Origin: a candidate division WWE3 bacterium
Lineage (GTDB): Bacteria; Patescibacteriota; WWE3; UBA101185; UBA10185
Assembly (NCBI GenBank): GCA_052035175.1
Contig: JBPOHV010000001.1
Span: forward strand, 703,771-767,770
Reading direction: 5' to 3'
Length of the DNA: 64,000 nt
Shown in pieces: positions 55,901 to 64,000 of this stretch; within the stretch, counting starts at the first letter, position 1; every line of letters starts with the position of its first letter. Position numbers and translations under genes: made by a program. Below the pieces are notes generated by a model that did no database searches, was not told where the DNA came from, and saw only the letters and a program-made list of their open reading frames with translations.

Positions 55901-58900
55901 TAACAGCAATCAATGGTGGTGCAACAGCAATAGACTTTACAGAATTTGATGTAGCAGCTGCAACTGGATCTGTGACAATAAATGACGGTGGAGATCTAGG
56001 AAGCCTTACAGTAGAAGGAACTGTACTGGATATAAACTCACTTGATTTTGTTGGAACAGGTGCAATTAATACTACAGACTGGGATATCTCATCAACAGGA
56101 GATTTAACTGGAATTGGCGGAATTACAGCAGATGGCGCAATCAGCTTCACCCCATCATCTACAAACGACATAACATTTGGCGTAGATACAGATTCATTGT
56201 TTACCTTAGATTCAAGCGTTGCTAATGCAGATAACTTTACCTTCTCACCAAATAATGCTGGAACGGGTGCTACGTTTACAGGAACTCTGACTTCAGCAAA
56301 CTTAACTGCTGATAGAACATGGACTTTGAAAGATGCTGATGGAACAATCGCCTTCTTAACTGATATCCCAACATCTGATAATTATCAATATTGGACATTA
56401 GATGGTGATGATGCTGACACCGAGCAAATTGGCAGTACTAATACCCTACTCGTAGCCGGTGGTACAAATGGAATAGATACAGATGTTTCTGCAACTGACA
56501 CAATTACTTTAAATCTTGATACTACTGAAATAGGTACAACAACTTTTGGTTCAGGATCAGGAATAACCTGGACATTTGATGCCTCAGCTGGAACAGACAC
56601 AGCAGTTGCTTTTGGAGATAATTTGCAAACATTAACTACAGCAACGTTAACTCTTTCTGGAACAACAACATTGAACGGCACTTCCTTAACTGCAATAAAC
56701 GGTGGTGCAACTGCAATAGACTTTACTGAATTTGATGTAGCAGCTGCAACTGGATCTGTGACAATAAATGACGGTGGCGATTTGGGAAGTCTTACTGTAG
56801 AAGGCACTGCATTAGATATAAATTCTCTTGATTTTGCAGGTGTTGGTTCAATAACTACAGGTGGATCTACAGATTTAACACTAAACCCATCTGGGGGCAA
56901 TGTAATAGTAACTGATGGCGATGTTTTGGATGTATACGGAACAACAATTGGTTTGAACAACGATGCAGATACAGATAATGTATTTGGACTCTCAGCATCA
57001 GCAGGATCAGCAGGGTCTGATATCTACTGGGGTGATGACTTACTTTGCGATGTTAGCGAGGCAAATTGCGGATGGACTACTGCAGCTTCATCATTCACAG
57101 GATTTAGTATTAGCGATGGATCAACTACAGAAGGTATAGCTTCTGCTGACACAATCACATTCGCAGATTCTTCTACTATTAATGCTGCAGTATCTGCAAC
57201 TGATACTGTGACAATGAATGTCATAGCAAACTCACTAGACTTTGCACACCTTGAAGATACTTTAGACCTCGATGCAACTACTGAGATTAATCTCGGGGCA
57301 AATAATTTAGTAATAGATCTTGATTCGACTGGTGATTTCGTAATTAATGATGGCGGAATAACATTCGCAACCTTTATGGATAATGGCCGTTTGGGTTTGG
57401 GAACAAGTCAAGACTTACAACTCTATCATGATGGTTCAGATGGTTATATTTCAGGTTCAACCGGAGGTATAATCGTCAACTCTTCTGCAGGCAATGTAAT
57501 CCTTGGTAGCAACAGTGGAAGCTGGGTTGGAGTTGGGGATGTATCACCAGATGCACAATTTGATGTCGACTATATATCAACAAACACTACCGCAGGAACA
57601 GAGTTAGGCAGTTACTTTACAATGGCAGATACAGGTATAGTTACGACAGGTTCTGATATTACAATCGGTATAGAAAATGATGTTACAAGAACTGGCGCAA
57701 CCGGTGGAGCTTTGGTTACATATGGAATACAAAACAATATAACAGCTGATAATGCTGGGAGTGGCTCATCTACAGCATACGCATATTATGCATCATTTGG
57801 TGGACTTGCAGATTTCTCATATGCATTTTTTGCAGACGATGGAGATATAGAACTTCAAGAAGATGGTACAGGTGTAGTTGGTGCTGGTGGCAATTTACTA
57901 CTTGGTGCTAGTGAAGATTTCAAACTATATCACAATGGCAGTGATTCATTTATGCTCGGTACAGAAAATGACCTTTATATCGGAGCTGATTCAGGAACTG
58001 CAAATTCTCAGATTAAGTTTGGAAACGAAGGAGCATCAACTGTATATGGATACTTTATAACTGGATCGTCAAATACAGGAGACTTTGTAGTTGACACAAA
58101 TACACTCTATCTAGATGCATCTGCCGATAGCTTGGGAATAGGAACTACTGCCCCCGACGCAAGACTAGAAATCAACCACGCAACTGGAGATAACTTAAGA
58201 CTTACTTACAACGATGCAGATGGCAGTGCAACTAGCTATACAGACTTCTCTCTCGCTTCTGATGGTGACCTAACAATAGACAGTGCTGGAAATAACATTG
58301 CATTTGGTGCTGCAGATATAATTACTGCATTAGCAAATATAAATGCCGATGGTGGATTGGATATTGATGATGCATTCGTAATTGCTGATGGTGGCGTACT
58401 AACAACTTCTCAAACTGCAAATTTTGACGGTGCTGCTGATTTTGATGGCAATGTACTTATCTCTGATACCGACATAGCATTTGATGGTGCTTCTACAACT
58501 TTTACCACAACAGGGGCATTTACATTAACACCAGGTGGTGCAGTACTTCTTGGCGATGGTGGAGATACATTGCAAATCAACACGTCAGATTGGGACATAT
58601 CAACTACTGGTGACTTAACAGGAATTGGCGGAATAACTGCGGATGGCGCAATCAGCTTTACCCCATCATCTACAAACGATATAACATTTAATGTAGACAC
58701 AGATTCATTGTTCACACTTGATTCATCAGTGACAAATGGCGACAACTTGGTATTCTCTCCAAATAATGCTGGAACTGGGTCAACATTTACCGGAACTCTG
58801 ACTTCTGCAAACTTAACTGCTGACAGAACATGGACATTGCAAGATGGCGATGGAACTATTGCCTTCTTAACTGATATTCCAACATCTGATAACTATCAAT

Positions 58901-61900
58901 ATTGGACATTAGATGGCGACGACGCTGACACCGAACAAATTGGTAGCACCAATACCCTACTCGTAGCCGGTGGTACAAATGGAATAGATACAGATGTTTC
59001 TGCAACTGACACAATTACTTTAAATCTTGATACTACTGAAATAGGTACAACAACTTTTGGTTCAGGTTCATCTATTGCTTGGACATTTAATGCTGGCACA
59101 ACTGATCCTGTTTTAACATTTGGTGATAACAGCTTAACGATAGGTTCAGCTGCAACTGTTACTGCTACTGATGTAACAACATTTAATTGTACTGATTGTT
59201 TGAATTTTGATGATTTATCTGATGCATTAACACTAGATGCAGCAACAACAATTACAAATTCAACAGCTGGTGATTTATCTTTTGATTTAACATCAACTGG
59301 TGTACTCAATATAAAAGATAGCACTGTCACCTACTGGTCATTTGACGACGACTCAACTGTTGATGTCACCTTCCCAGCAGCCGGTCAACTTGCAATAGAT
59401 GCAGCAACAACTGATTCTACTTTAACTACAGGCATATTTGATCTTAATGTAGACACAGTAACTTCAGGAAATATCGGACTTAATATCGATCATATAATAA
59501 GAGACTCCACAGGCATTACTGCATATGGACAAAGAATTAATACAACTATAGATACGGACGCTGCAGAAAGTTCAACTGGATATGGTTTGTACATAAACGG
59601 AACTAATAACGATGCCTCCTCTACTTTAACAGGCTTGTATGTAGATGCAGGAACTGGTGCTGGTACTGAATACGCTGCTGCGTTTATGAATGGGAATGTG
59701 GGTATTGGAACGACTACACCCGCAACTAAACTAAGTATAGATTCAAATTCAAACACACAAAATCTTCGTCTATATGGCGCCACTGAAGCATCCCAAATTG
59801 CCGATATATACATAGGCACTCAGGGAAATTTAGTCTTAAGTACCATTGCAGGCTCTGATTCTGCCGGCTACCTTGATCTCCAATCTGAAAGCAACAACTA
59901 TGGCCTTATCCTCCGCGAATCTGACGGTACTGGCGGTTCGGCATTTGCTAATTTCTTTGTTGTTGATCATGCTACTGACCCTGACTATTTAAGCATTGTA
60001 CTCAACACTACCACTAACACCAATGCTCTAAACGTCACTGTCGGCAACAATGTCGGTATAGGTACCGCAAATCCCGCCGGGCCACTGGAAGTAGATACGA
60101 GTACTACTTCTGGGGTGGCAGTTACCATCGACCAGGACGACGTCGACCAAACTGCACTCGATTTTGATATCAATAATACCGCTGCAGATATCTTAAATAT
60201 TGACTGGGGTGGAGCTACTTCTCAGACAGCAGCTTTGACTGGTATTGATCTTGATTTTACAAATTTAACAAGTGTAGCAGGTTCCACCACCTATGGCCTC
60301 CATATAAATGATCTTTCTGCTCAAACAACCTCCACTGAATACGCTATTTACCAAGAAGGAACCAATTGGGACTATGGACTCTATATAGAAGATGCAGCCT
60401 TATTTAATACAAGTTTGGTAGTGAATGGTACAACAATAGGCTTGGATTATGATGCTAGCGCTAATAATGTTGTTTCTCTCGGTACTGGGCCTGGTCAGGC
60501 TTCGGGAGACCTTTACTGGGGCGATGACCTAGTCTGTGATGTTTCTGAAGCCAACTGCGGTTGGGCAACAGCTGCCTCTTTATTCACAGGCTTTAGTATT
60601 AGTGATGGATCTACAACTGAAGGTATAGCTTCTGCTGACACCATCACATTCGCAGATTCATCTACTATTAATGCTGCAGTATCTGCAACCGATACTGTGA
60701 CAATGAATGTCATTGCAAACTCTTTAGACTTTGCACACCTTGAAGATACTTTAGATCTTGATGCGACAACTGAGATCAATTTTGGTGCATCCAGTCTTTC
60801 TTATGATCTAAACTCAACAGGAACATTCGATATTTTAGACAACAATCAAAAATTCTGGAGTTTTGATGATGACTCAACTGTAGATGTCACCTTCCCTGCT
60901 GCAGGTGAACTTAATATTGATTCCGCAACCACAGATTCAACTGTAACGACAGGTGTACTTGATCTTAATGTCGATACAGTAACTACAGGAAATATTGGTT
61001 TGAATATTGACCATATAATTAGAGACTCTGCTGGGATCACAGCTTATGGTCAAAGAATTAATACAACTATAGATACCGATGCAGCACAATCCTCTACTGG
61101 ATATGGACTTTACATTAGTGGAACAAACAATGATGCCACTTCTACGCTAACTGGTTTGTATGTTGATGCAGGAACAGGTGCAGGTACTGAATATGCAGCT
61201 GCGTTTATGAATGGAAATGTGGGTATCGGCACTGCTACACCACTTTCAACAGCAAGATTAGATGTTATGGGTGGAGATTTCAGAGTACAAGCAGCTGAAG
61301 GTACAAATAGATTATTACTTACTGGTACAGGTGATACGAGCGGTGCAGAATTGTACATATATAACAGTACCGGAGCACTAACAAGTAGAGTTAGCGGTGA
61401 TGGTGGAGGCATAACATACTTTAACAATGGCCTTGGTGTAGGTATAGGAACCACAGCTCCAGATGCAAAACTTGAAATCAACCATGCAACTGGTGATAAC
61501 TTAAGACTTACTTACAACGATGCTGATGGTAGTGCAACTAGCTATACAGACTTCTCTCTTGCATCAGACGGTGACCTAACAATAGACAGTGCTGGAAATA
61601 ACATTGCATTTGGCGCTGCAGATATAATCACTGCATTCGCAAATATAAATGCCGATGGTGGATTAGATATTGATGATGCATTCGTGATTGCTGATGGTGG
61701 CGTACTAACAACATCTCAAACTGCAAACTTCGATGGTGCTGCTGATTTTGATGGCAATGTATTAATTTCAGATACTGACATAGCATTTGATGGTGCTTCT
61801 ACTACTTTCACAACCACAGGTGCATTTACCCTTACCCCAGGTGGTGCGGTACTTCTTGGCGATGGTGGAGATACATTGCAAATCAACACATCCGATTGGG

Positions 61901-64000
61901 ACATATCAACTACGGGTGACTTAACAGGAATAGGCGCAATAACTGCAAATGGTACTTATACAACATCAACCGGAACATCAACAGCAATAGATTTAACAAG
62001 ATCATCTGCTGGACAATGGATGGGATTCAATGATGGTACTGATGTATGGGGTCTATACAATACAGCAGGATCTCCCGAAGGTGTACTTGCTGCAAACACC
62101 GGAGCCTTGGCAATGGATACCACAAACGGCACACTTTATGTGAAAACTGATGACACAGATAATACAAGCTGGGTCAATTTAGCTACAGGATTATCAAGCC
62201 CATGGACTGATGGTACAGGTATATCCTACCTTACAGATACAGCCGAAGATGTGGTTGTTGGCAGTGATGATGCTGATCTGGTAGCTCCTCTTTCTTTTGA
62301 TACATCTGCAAACTTACTCAGACTGGGAGATGGCGTTAGTGATACCAACGATCCAAGCATAGCTTTTTATGCTTCAGATGCCACAAATAGCGGTACATTG
62401 TCATTTACAGACAGTGATGCTTTCTTATTTACCGGCGCCGACATCAATTTGGCAGCAGGAGAGGTTTATCAAATTGGCGGAACTCAAGTTATAAACTTAA
62501 GCAGCACTGCTACTGGTTCAATATTCTTTGGAAATGGTGGTACAAGTGTAGGCGCAAATGATGATTACAATACCGGCGTTGGCATAGGAACATTGTCAGG
62601 ATTAAATAACTCTACTGGCTTAAGAAATACAGGACTTGGTTACAACGCACTTAATATAACCACATTTGGTGATGATAATGTTGCAATCGGATATGCAGTT
62701 TTAGACCATAACACCTATGGATCAGCAAATATAGGTATAGGTTATAACGCACTTACAACTAATACAGACGGAAACGACAATGTAGCCATAGGCTATGCTG
62801 CTTTAGATGCCCTAGGAGCAGGACAATCAGGTAACATCGCAATAGGTAGAGATGCTTTGGGTACTACATCGTTAATAAGTGGATGGAATGTGGCAATTGG
62901 ATACGGCGCATTGGATTCTCATACAAATGGTATTAGCGCGAGTGGTTACAACACTGCAGTAGGTACTGGTGCTGGTGATAAAGTCACTGGCGGCGTTGAT
63001 AACACCTTAATTGGAAGCTATGCAGGCGCAGGCGTTACAACCGGCGGCCAAAACGTCTTTATTGGTCGTACTGCTGGAGGATACTCAGCCTCAGGTGAGA
63101 TCACTGGAAGTGCCAATATTGGAATCGGCTATGAGGTAGGTCGAACAGGATTTGCATTTAGCGGATCTAACAACCTGATGATTGGAAACAGTACCGGTGG
63201 AACAATTACTTCTGGATTTGACAATATATTACTAGGGTATGGTCCAGGAGGTAACATAACAACAGGTGCTTGGAATATTATTCTGGGATCAGGCGCAGGC
63301 GGCGCAATTACTTCGGCAAGTGATGGCAATATCATAATTGGACGTGATGCGGGCGATAGTTTAACATCTGATGATGATTTCAGTGTCATGATCGGTTATC
63401 AAGCAGGTGGACAAGAAACAACAGGTGGAAAACTTTATATAGAAAATACTAATTCCACTACCCCACTCATCTATGGTGACTTTACAACAGATGAATTAGT
63501 GTTCAACGGCTTACCAGCAGGAACCGTAACAGCATCTGAGACTGTAACTATAGCACCAGTCTTTGGTGTCAACGCTGCGGACCAAGTTCTTATGGGTCTT
63601 AATATTGCAGCTAATACAAACTCCAACACTGATAGCGGCGATACACTACGCGGTTTAAATATAGCTAACATCACTGGTACCGCAGCATCAGAAACTGCAT
63701 TTACGATCGGTACTGGATGGGATACAGATTTAGTATTTAGCGACACATCAGCAGTATTATCTTTTGGTAACACTGGAACTCTTACCTTTAATGATGGTAC
63801 TAATGCACTAATGAGCTTAACAGATGATGGTGCAACGGCGACACTTGCTGTAACCGGCGATCTAGATATTTCTTCGGCAGGTAGCAGCGCAGTAAACCTA
63901 ACCAGAACATCTGCAGGACAGTGGATGAACTTCAGTGACGGCACTGACATTTGGGGTCTTTATAACACCGCCGGGTCACCAGAAGGTGTACTTGCTGCTA
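46981..64000 (+). CDS. Giant surface protein (at least 5673 aa, 3' end beyond the window): N-terminal MerR/excisionase-type HTH, one TM helix, then a huge Thr/Gly/Asp/Asn-rich repeat domain
   Basis: The frame (positions congruent to 1 mod 3) is open where checked by hand: at 46981-48130, 48601, 50101, 55141, 58141, 62041 and 63961. N-terminus LTVSEAASLLKVSPTTLRRFENEHKISSTRLPNGYRVFDIKDINNL. TM helix LLSNAIVLVMGVYAILTFSI. Recurring modules include NLFWDDTNNRLGIGNTTPAYTLDVTGDIRV, DLLCDVSATNCGWATAAS and LEINHATGDNLRLTYNDADG. Confidence 0.8.
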   Translation, partial: MPISAQDKTSKYDFTNSLHLTVSEAASLLKVSPTTLRRFENEHKISSTRLPNGYRVFDIKDINNLKNSLETQKLSKEKNKGKKVLKTINRNIDALNKYTVQTQTQKKPINKSIRNKYLLSNAIVLVMGVYAILTFSINKNIPTTGLTSLVISTSNKALSTTNDNLITNKITDTQVSNVLALGDQRPDYSFNTSVNANFEKLLNVTGISNLNGGITTPTITFTETGTINQLDAIDDTTETTLENALDINGDVVGTGLNNTQIADSVIEGTNLVEDFEYTGNFNFAGTWLIDGSEVTATAEQINLFADISATSDEINYLSGATVDNGGLVFGNGSSFAQDPINLFWDDTNNRLGIGNTTPAYTLDVTGDIRVSSASDIYVGAKGLNDTGATAADSGATLVGVFDEFNNSNSTTVQAVLNDLDAAVSAGGSEWTQDTGFIYLTNTSDEVVIGGNASLSSKFAINGDADETQLLVQGHSTQTNNLAVFENSLGTDVFTINNSGNVTLSGTLTLNSETISDFTGDGLSLSGGALTIDLTSPTDALSSTTSSGSGLEVITTGLTLLQGCNNGEILKWNETNDSWECGTDTGASFAIVDVQNNDVSVGSNVDTIDFSTDFSVTASPSNEANVAIADDVLNFTEIADALSLDAATTITNALAGNLTIDLTSTGDFVIADGGSAVYTFTDAGGLTQAGTGQNTFTGNIDATLGIDVTNANLTVGGSNFSVDFSNGNTTTAGTLAVNGDSITSDGTTLAINAAGNVDIQDILNVDSLTTDTGGITITSGQDLTIGAIGLNDLGTNNATSGASLVGTYDEFNNSNSTTVQDVLDDLDAAIGAGASKWTQDTGFAYLTNTTDSITIGGNTELGKLAVDGNADEVQLLIQGNGTQTNNLAVFENSAGVDQFTVTNTGDLTIAGDLAISGGNITTAVTFDSTATSTGTLTANGTFDANGVVTLGDGSDNIAIDGNIWDITSAGVGTGFTSFTIDNVIVDGTTIGHTSDTDLLSLANGALTVNGTGTFTGVLATNATTLGLDADADTDNYFTVGASGTAGDASNDLFWGQDLLCDVSATNCGWATAASAFSSWTIADNDGSSYAIVDSNTIRFTTSDGNVITNLTNGDDADENLDLTVRLLGDIVAGAGLTGGADNILVGADADTTITIGAGNGITVNADDVAVNQDYDFTFTGNNTFTPAGTDDLTINLDDDSLLSINQTFSGTTTANGLTQTITNSSTSGTQNAFYLDNAASTGVTDSLFVIDNSDTDTAVTNAIQFVDAGGGFTNLFNVAGTLISPAEFTILDGGINLASSSEVTGILPLANGGTGANLVDPNADRIFFWDDTAGASTWLAADGTSIEIAGTTLQHVDTSTQASVNNSTTTVIQDITLDTYGHLTGITSVDLASSFDNYGQWYYALDFTSPLPITSGQTLTYMSGNDIDITNSGTRQITVALESTLDIVSTINLAGTGTLNGLDAVDATTENTIEGLIFDNDAENITGVWEVQDDTNFVFGNDANVRFAYNEIYDLFEISTPSIAAQNTDYALYTLSTDNTNAGMTADQEVFEIGKGGSFNADMNYVELLALDEDGDLSVTGTGTFNGVLATNATTLGLDADADTDNYFTIGATGTAGDASNDLFFGQDLLCDVSATNCGWATAASSFTSFTLAGDAGGGQTISSTDTLSVLGGTNGIDTIDSATDTVTLNLDTTEIGTTTFGSGSAFAWTFNAGTTDPVIGFGDDQLDLGSATTGLRLTTDGILSDIDDANVSINDGLQFVGAQTISTSSGNLTIDTAGTFIISDAVDLNNTLDLDISSASAFTVGDGSINTFSIDTANDLIASTGNYVATFTSLVTNTLANGAGSSSTSLTVDDSTGFDVGNYVRIDSASNCDSGITTCYSKIRQIVGNVITLRNALTWTDNSTITEYHIPEIGGTNTAEALTDRFGRGYFISGTVAGNASTYYDDRRIYTTDTTSSNSPSFTISTGTTTTSGNSGDITIDTGVAAGTEGQIYLGNTNASAITIGHAGVTTTIGGSIIINSQEFANLTGQGLALDGSNVLNFDCSEVEGTDIDCSGENITLESTIDSISTLNLAGTGTLNGLDAVDATSENTIEALIFDNDAETITGVWEVQDDVNFAFGTAANINFVYNQTDDLFNINATSTASQNTDYGLYTLSTDNANAGMTADQEVFEIGKGGNDDSDTNYIELLALDEDGDLSVTGTGTFTGSLATNATAIGLNNDADTDNVLSFGAGSAGAASGNLYWGNVLVCDASQANCGWVTSSGSGASKWTDGGDHIYPTGGEFLGDDTSNGANKLAGAYFLDGAPLVLGTTNDIQFAYDETTDDQLEISDGTNDFLTIKDNGTTATFTFDNIVQIGSDGQDGQFVLYNELGATDYTNTFALSGTQSQDITYTLPANDGGASQVLSTNGSGVLTWIDVSGGAGGYTGWAIADDDNDTYTISSGDQIKLYSSSNVITTNLINGDDTLDEIDLDIADDSLNFTEFADSLSVDATTDINLGTSNLTVDLDSTGIFDIRDGATTYWSFDDDSTVDVTFPAAGSLTIDSATTDSTLTTGIFDLNVDTITTGNIGFNIDHIIRDSAGITAYGQRINTTIDTDAAESSTGYGLYISGTNNDASSTLTGLYVDAGTGAGTEYAAAFMNGNVGIGIATPESKLHINNADTAANGLRLSYSEASYDDQYSLDLYSAGGSGAFIDAATTTNGLTIRTSSNATRTNLAARMVILGGANAGNVGLSTTAPDARLEINHATGDNLRLTYNDADGTASNYTDFSLASDGDLTIDSAGGAINLASGDDLNITASTDLIFGTTTSLGESTGATDSGAYLVGVFDEFNSSNGTNVQDVLDDLDAAVGAGASKWTQDTGFIYLTGSTDSVTIGGTTELGKLAVDGDADQIQLLIQGNATQTSNLAVFENSAGADQLVVTNTGDLTIAGDATITGNLLTFGNGETIDNNADGTIALNPTVLTLTGTTTLNGTSLTAINGGATAIDFTEFDVAAATGSVTINDGGDLGSLTVEGTVLDINSLDFVGTGAINTTDWDISSTGDLTGIGGITADGAISFTPSSTNDITFGVDTDSLFTLDSSVANADNFTFSPNNAGTGATFTGTLTSANLTADRTWTLKDADGTIAFLTDIPTSDNYQYWTLDGDDADTEQIGSTNTLLVAGGTNGIDTDVSATDTITLNLDTTEIGTTTFGSGSGITWTFDASAGTDTAVAFGDNLQTLTTATLTLSGTTTLNGTSLTAINGGATAIDFTEFDVAAATGSVTINDGGDLGSLTVEGTALDINSLDFAGVGSITTGGSTDLTLNPSGGNVIVTDGDVLDVYGTTIGLNNDADTDNVFGLSASAGSAGSDIYWGDDLLCDVSEANCGWTTAASSFTGFSISDGSTTEGIASADTITFADSSTINAAVSATDTVTMNVIANSLDFAHLEDTLDLDATTEINLGANNLVIDLDSTGDFVINDGGITFATFMDNGRLGLGTSQDLQLYHDGSDGYISGSTGGIIVNSSAGNVILGSNSGSWVGVGDVSPDAQFDVDYISTNTTAGTELGSYFTMADTGIVTTGSDITIGIENDVTRTGATGGALVTYGIQNNITADNAGSGSSTAYAYYASFGGLADFSYAFFADDGDIELQEDGTGVVGAGGNLLLGASEDFKLYHNGSDSFMLGTENDLYIGADSGTANSQIKFGNEGASTVYGYFITGSSNTGDFVVDTNTLYLDASADSLGIGTTAPDARLEINHATGDNLRLTYNDADGSATSYTDFSLASDGDLTIDSAGNNIAFGAADIITALANINADGGLDIDDAFVIADGGVLTTSQTANFDGAADFDGNVLISDTDIAFDGASTTFTTTGAFTLTPGGAVLLGDGGDTLQINTSDWDISTTGDLTGIGGITADGAISFTPSSTNDITFNVDTDSLFTLDSSVTNGDNLVFSPNNAGTGSTFTGTLTSANLTADRTWTLQDGDGTIAFLTDIPTSDNYQYWTLDGDDADTEQIGSTNTLLVAGGTNGIDTDVSATDTITLNLDTTEIGTTTFGSGSSIAWTFNAGTTDPVLTFGDNSLTIGSAATVTATDVTTFNCTDCLNFDDLSDALTLDAATTITNSTAGDLSFDLTSTGVLNIKDSTVTYWSFDDDSTVDVTFPAAGQLAIDAATTDSTLTTGIFDLNVDTVTSGNIGLNIDHIIRDSTGITAYGQRINTTIDTDAAESSTGYGLYINGTNNDASSTLTGLYVDAGTGAGTEYAAAFMNGNVGIGTTTPATKLSIDSNSNTQNLRLYGATEASQIADIYIGTQGNLVLSTIAGSDSAGYLDLQSESNNYGLILRESDGTGGSAFANFFVVDHATDPDYLSIVLNTTTNTNALNVTVGNNVGIGTANPAGPLEVDTSTTSGVAVTIDQDDVDQTALDFDINNTAADILNIDWGGATSQTAALTGIDLDFTNLTSVAGSTTYGLHINDLSAQTTSTEYAIYQEGTNWDYGLYIEDAALFNTSLVVNGTTIGLDYDASANNVVSLGTGPGQASGDLYWGDDLVCDVSEANCGWATAASLFTGFSISDGSTTEGIASADTITFADSSTINAAVSATDTVTMNVIANSLDFAHLEDTLDLDATTEINFGASSLSYDLNSTGTFDILDNNQKFWSFDDDSTVDVTFPAAGELNIDSATTDSTVTTGVLDLNVDTVTTGNIGLNIDHIIRDSAGITAYGQRINTTIDTDAAQSSTGYGLYISGTNNDATSTLTGLYVDAGTGAGTEYAAAFMNGNVGIGTATPLSTARLDVMGGDFRVQAAEGTNRLLLTGTGDTSGAELYIYNSTGALTSRVSGDGGGITYFNNGLGVGIGTTAPDAKLEINHATGDNLRLTYNDADGSATSYTDFSLASDGDLTIDSAGNNIAFGAADIITAFANINADGGLDIDDAFVIADGGVLTTSQTANFDGAADFDGNVLISDTDIAFDGASTTFTTTGAFTLTPGGAVLLGDGGDTLQINTSDWDISTTGDLTGIGAITANGTYTTSTGTSTAIDLTRSSAGQWMGFNDGTDVWGLYNTAGSPEGVLAANTGALAMDTTNGTLYVKTDDTDNTSWVNLATGLSSPWTDGTGISYLTDTAEDVVVGSDDADLVAPLSFDTSANLLRLGDGVSDTNDPSIAFYASDATNSGTLSFTDSDAFLFTGADINLAAGEVYQIGGTQVINLSSTATGSIFFGNGGTSVGANDDYNTGVGIGTLSGLNNSTGLRNTGLGYNALNITTFGDDNVAIGYAVLDHNTYGSANIGIGYNALTTNTDGNDNVAIGYAALDALGAGQSGNIAIGRDALGTTSLISGWNVAIGYGALDSHTNGISASGYNTAVGTGAGDKVTGGVDNTLIGSYAGAGVTTGGQNVFIGRTAGGYSASGEITGSANIGIGYEVGRTGFAFSGSNNLMIGNSTGGTITSGFDNILLGYGPGGNITTGAWNIILGSGAGGAITSASDGNIIIGRDAGDSLTSDDDFSVMIGYQAGGQETTGGKLYIENTNSTTPLIYGDFTTDELVFNGLPAGTVTASETVTIAPVFGVNAADQVLMGLNIAANTNSNTDSGDTLRGLNIANITGTAASETAFTIGTGWDTDLVFSDTSAVLSFGNTGTLTFNDGTNALMSLTDDGATATLAVTGDLDISSAGSSAVNLTRTSAGQWMNFSDGTDIWGLYNTAGSPEGVLAA
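58150..59080 (+). repeat. Long intragenic repeat block (about 0.9 kb) whose parts recur at about 61450-61930 and 56040-56540
   Basis: Stretches more than 90% identical by eye, e.g. GAAATCAACCA(C/T)GCAACTGG(A/T)GATAACTTAAGACTTACTTACAACGATGC... Confidence 0.6.

Noticed and set aside
48399-63950. About 35 minus-strand ORFs of 60-190 aa across 48-64 kb, with low-complexity V/S/P/A-rich translations
   Set aside because: They are antisense to the continuous giant plus-strand ORF, whose frame I verified at several points. Their composition is the mirror of the Thr/Gly/Asp/Asn-rich sense strand.
47000-64000. Possible CRISPR array, given the many tandem repeats
   Set aside because: The repeats are long (150-500 bp), in-frame coding modules of one ORF. 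They are not uniform 28-37-nt direct repeats separated by unique spacers.

Overview
The window is AT-rich (roughly 35% GC) and gene-dense, and it looks like a reduced genome of the CPR/Patescibacteria kind. TGA is used as a stop, so the standard genetic code applies. Most of 0.6-46.8 kb is housekeeping, in tight operons on both strands. On the plus strand: M32 carboxypeptidase-hisS, rpmE-prfA, def-fmt and secE-nusG-rplK-rplA. On the minus strand: rpsF-ssb-rpsR, rpsU-ybeY-pth-dnaX-recR-cysS, rseP-frr-tsf-rpsB, topA, and mreB-mreC-mreD-mrdA. A tRNA-Thr/Tyr/Thr cluster and a tRNA-Trp sit at 31.1-32.4 kb. A P2-type cation ATPase and an F1Fo ATP-synthase operon are also present. Six things stand out. 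(1) There is a family of REP-like GC-rich palindromes (core GGTCAGTCC / GGACTGAyC) at six or more intergenic sites, plus a REP-associated tyrosine transposase (RAYT, HUH/Y1 family) gene flanked by inverted copies. (2) Direct repeats of about 210 bp bracket topA. (3) Three short codon-atypical, GC-rich islets encode small lipoproteins or membrane proteins; one of them is inserted between the tRNA genes. (4) The ATP-synthase operon has no a-subunit gene. Its c-subunit-like hairpin lacks the ion-binding carboxylate and is fused to a roughly 190-aa extracytoplasmic N-terminal domain. (5) A 30-codon leader ORF with stem-loops lies upstream of the carboxypeptidase-hisS operon. (6) An uninterrupted ORF of at least 17 kb (46981 to the window end, at least 5670 aa) encodes a giant repeat protein. 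Its N-terminus is a MerR/excisionase-type HTH followed by one TM helix, and the gene is built from long near-identical internal DNA repeats. All coordinates and translations were read by eye from the sequence; no searches were run.
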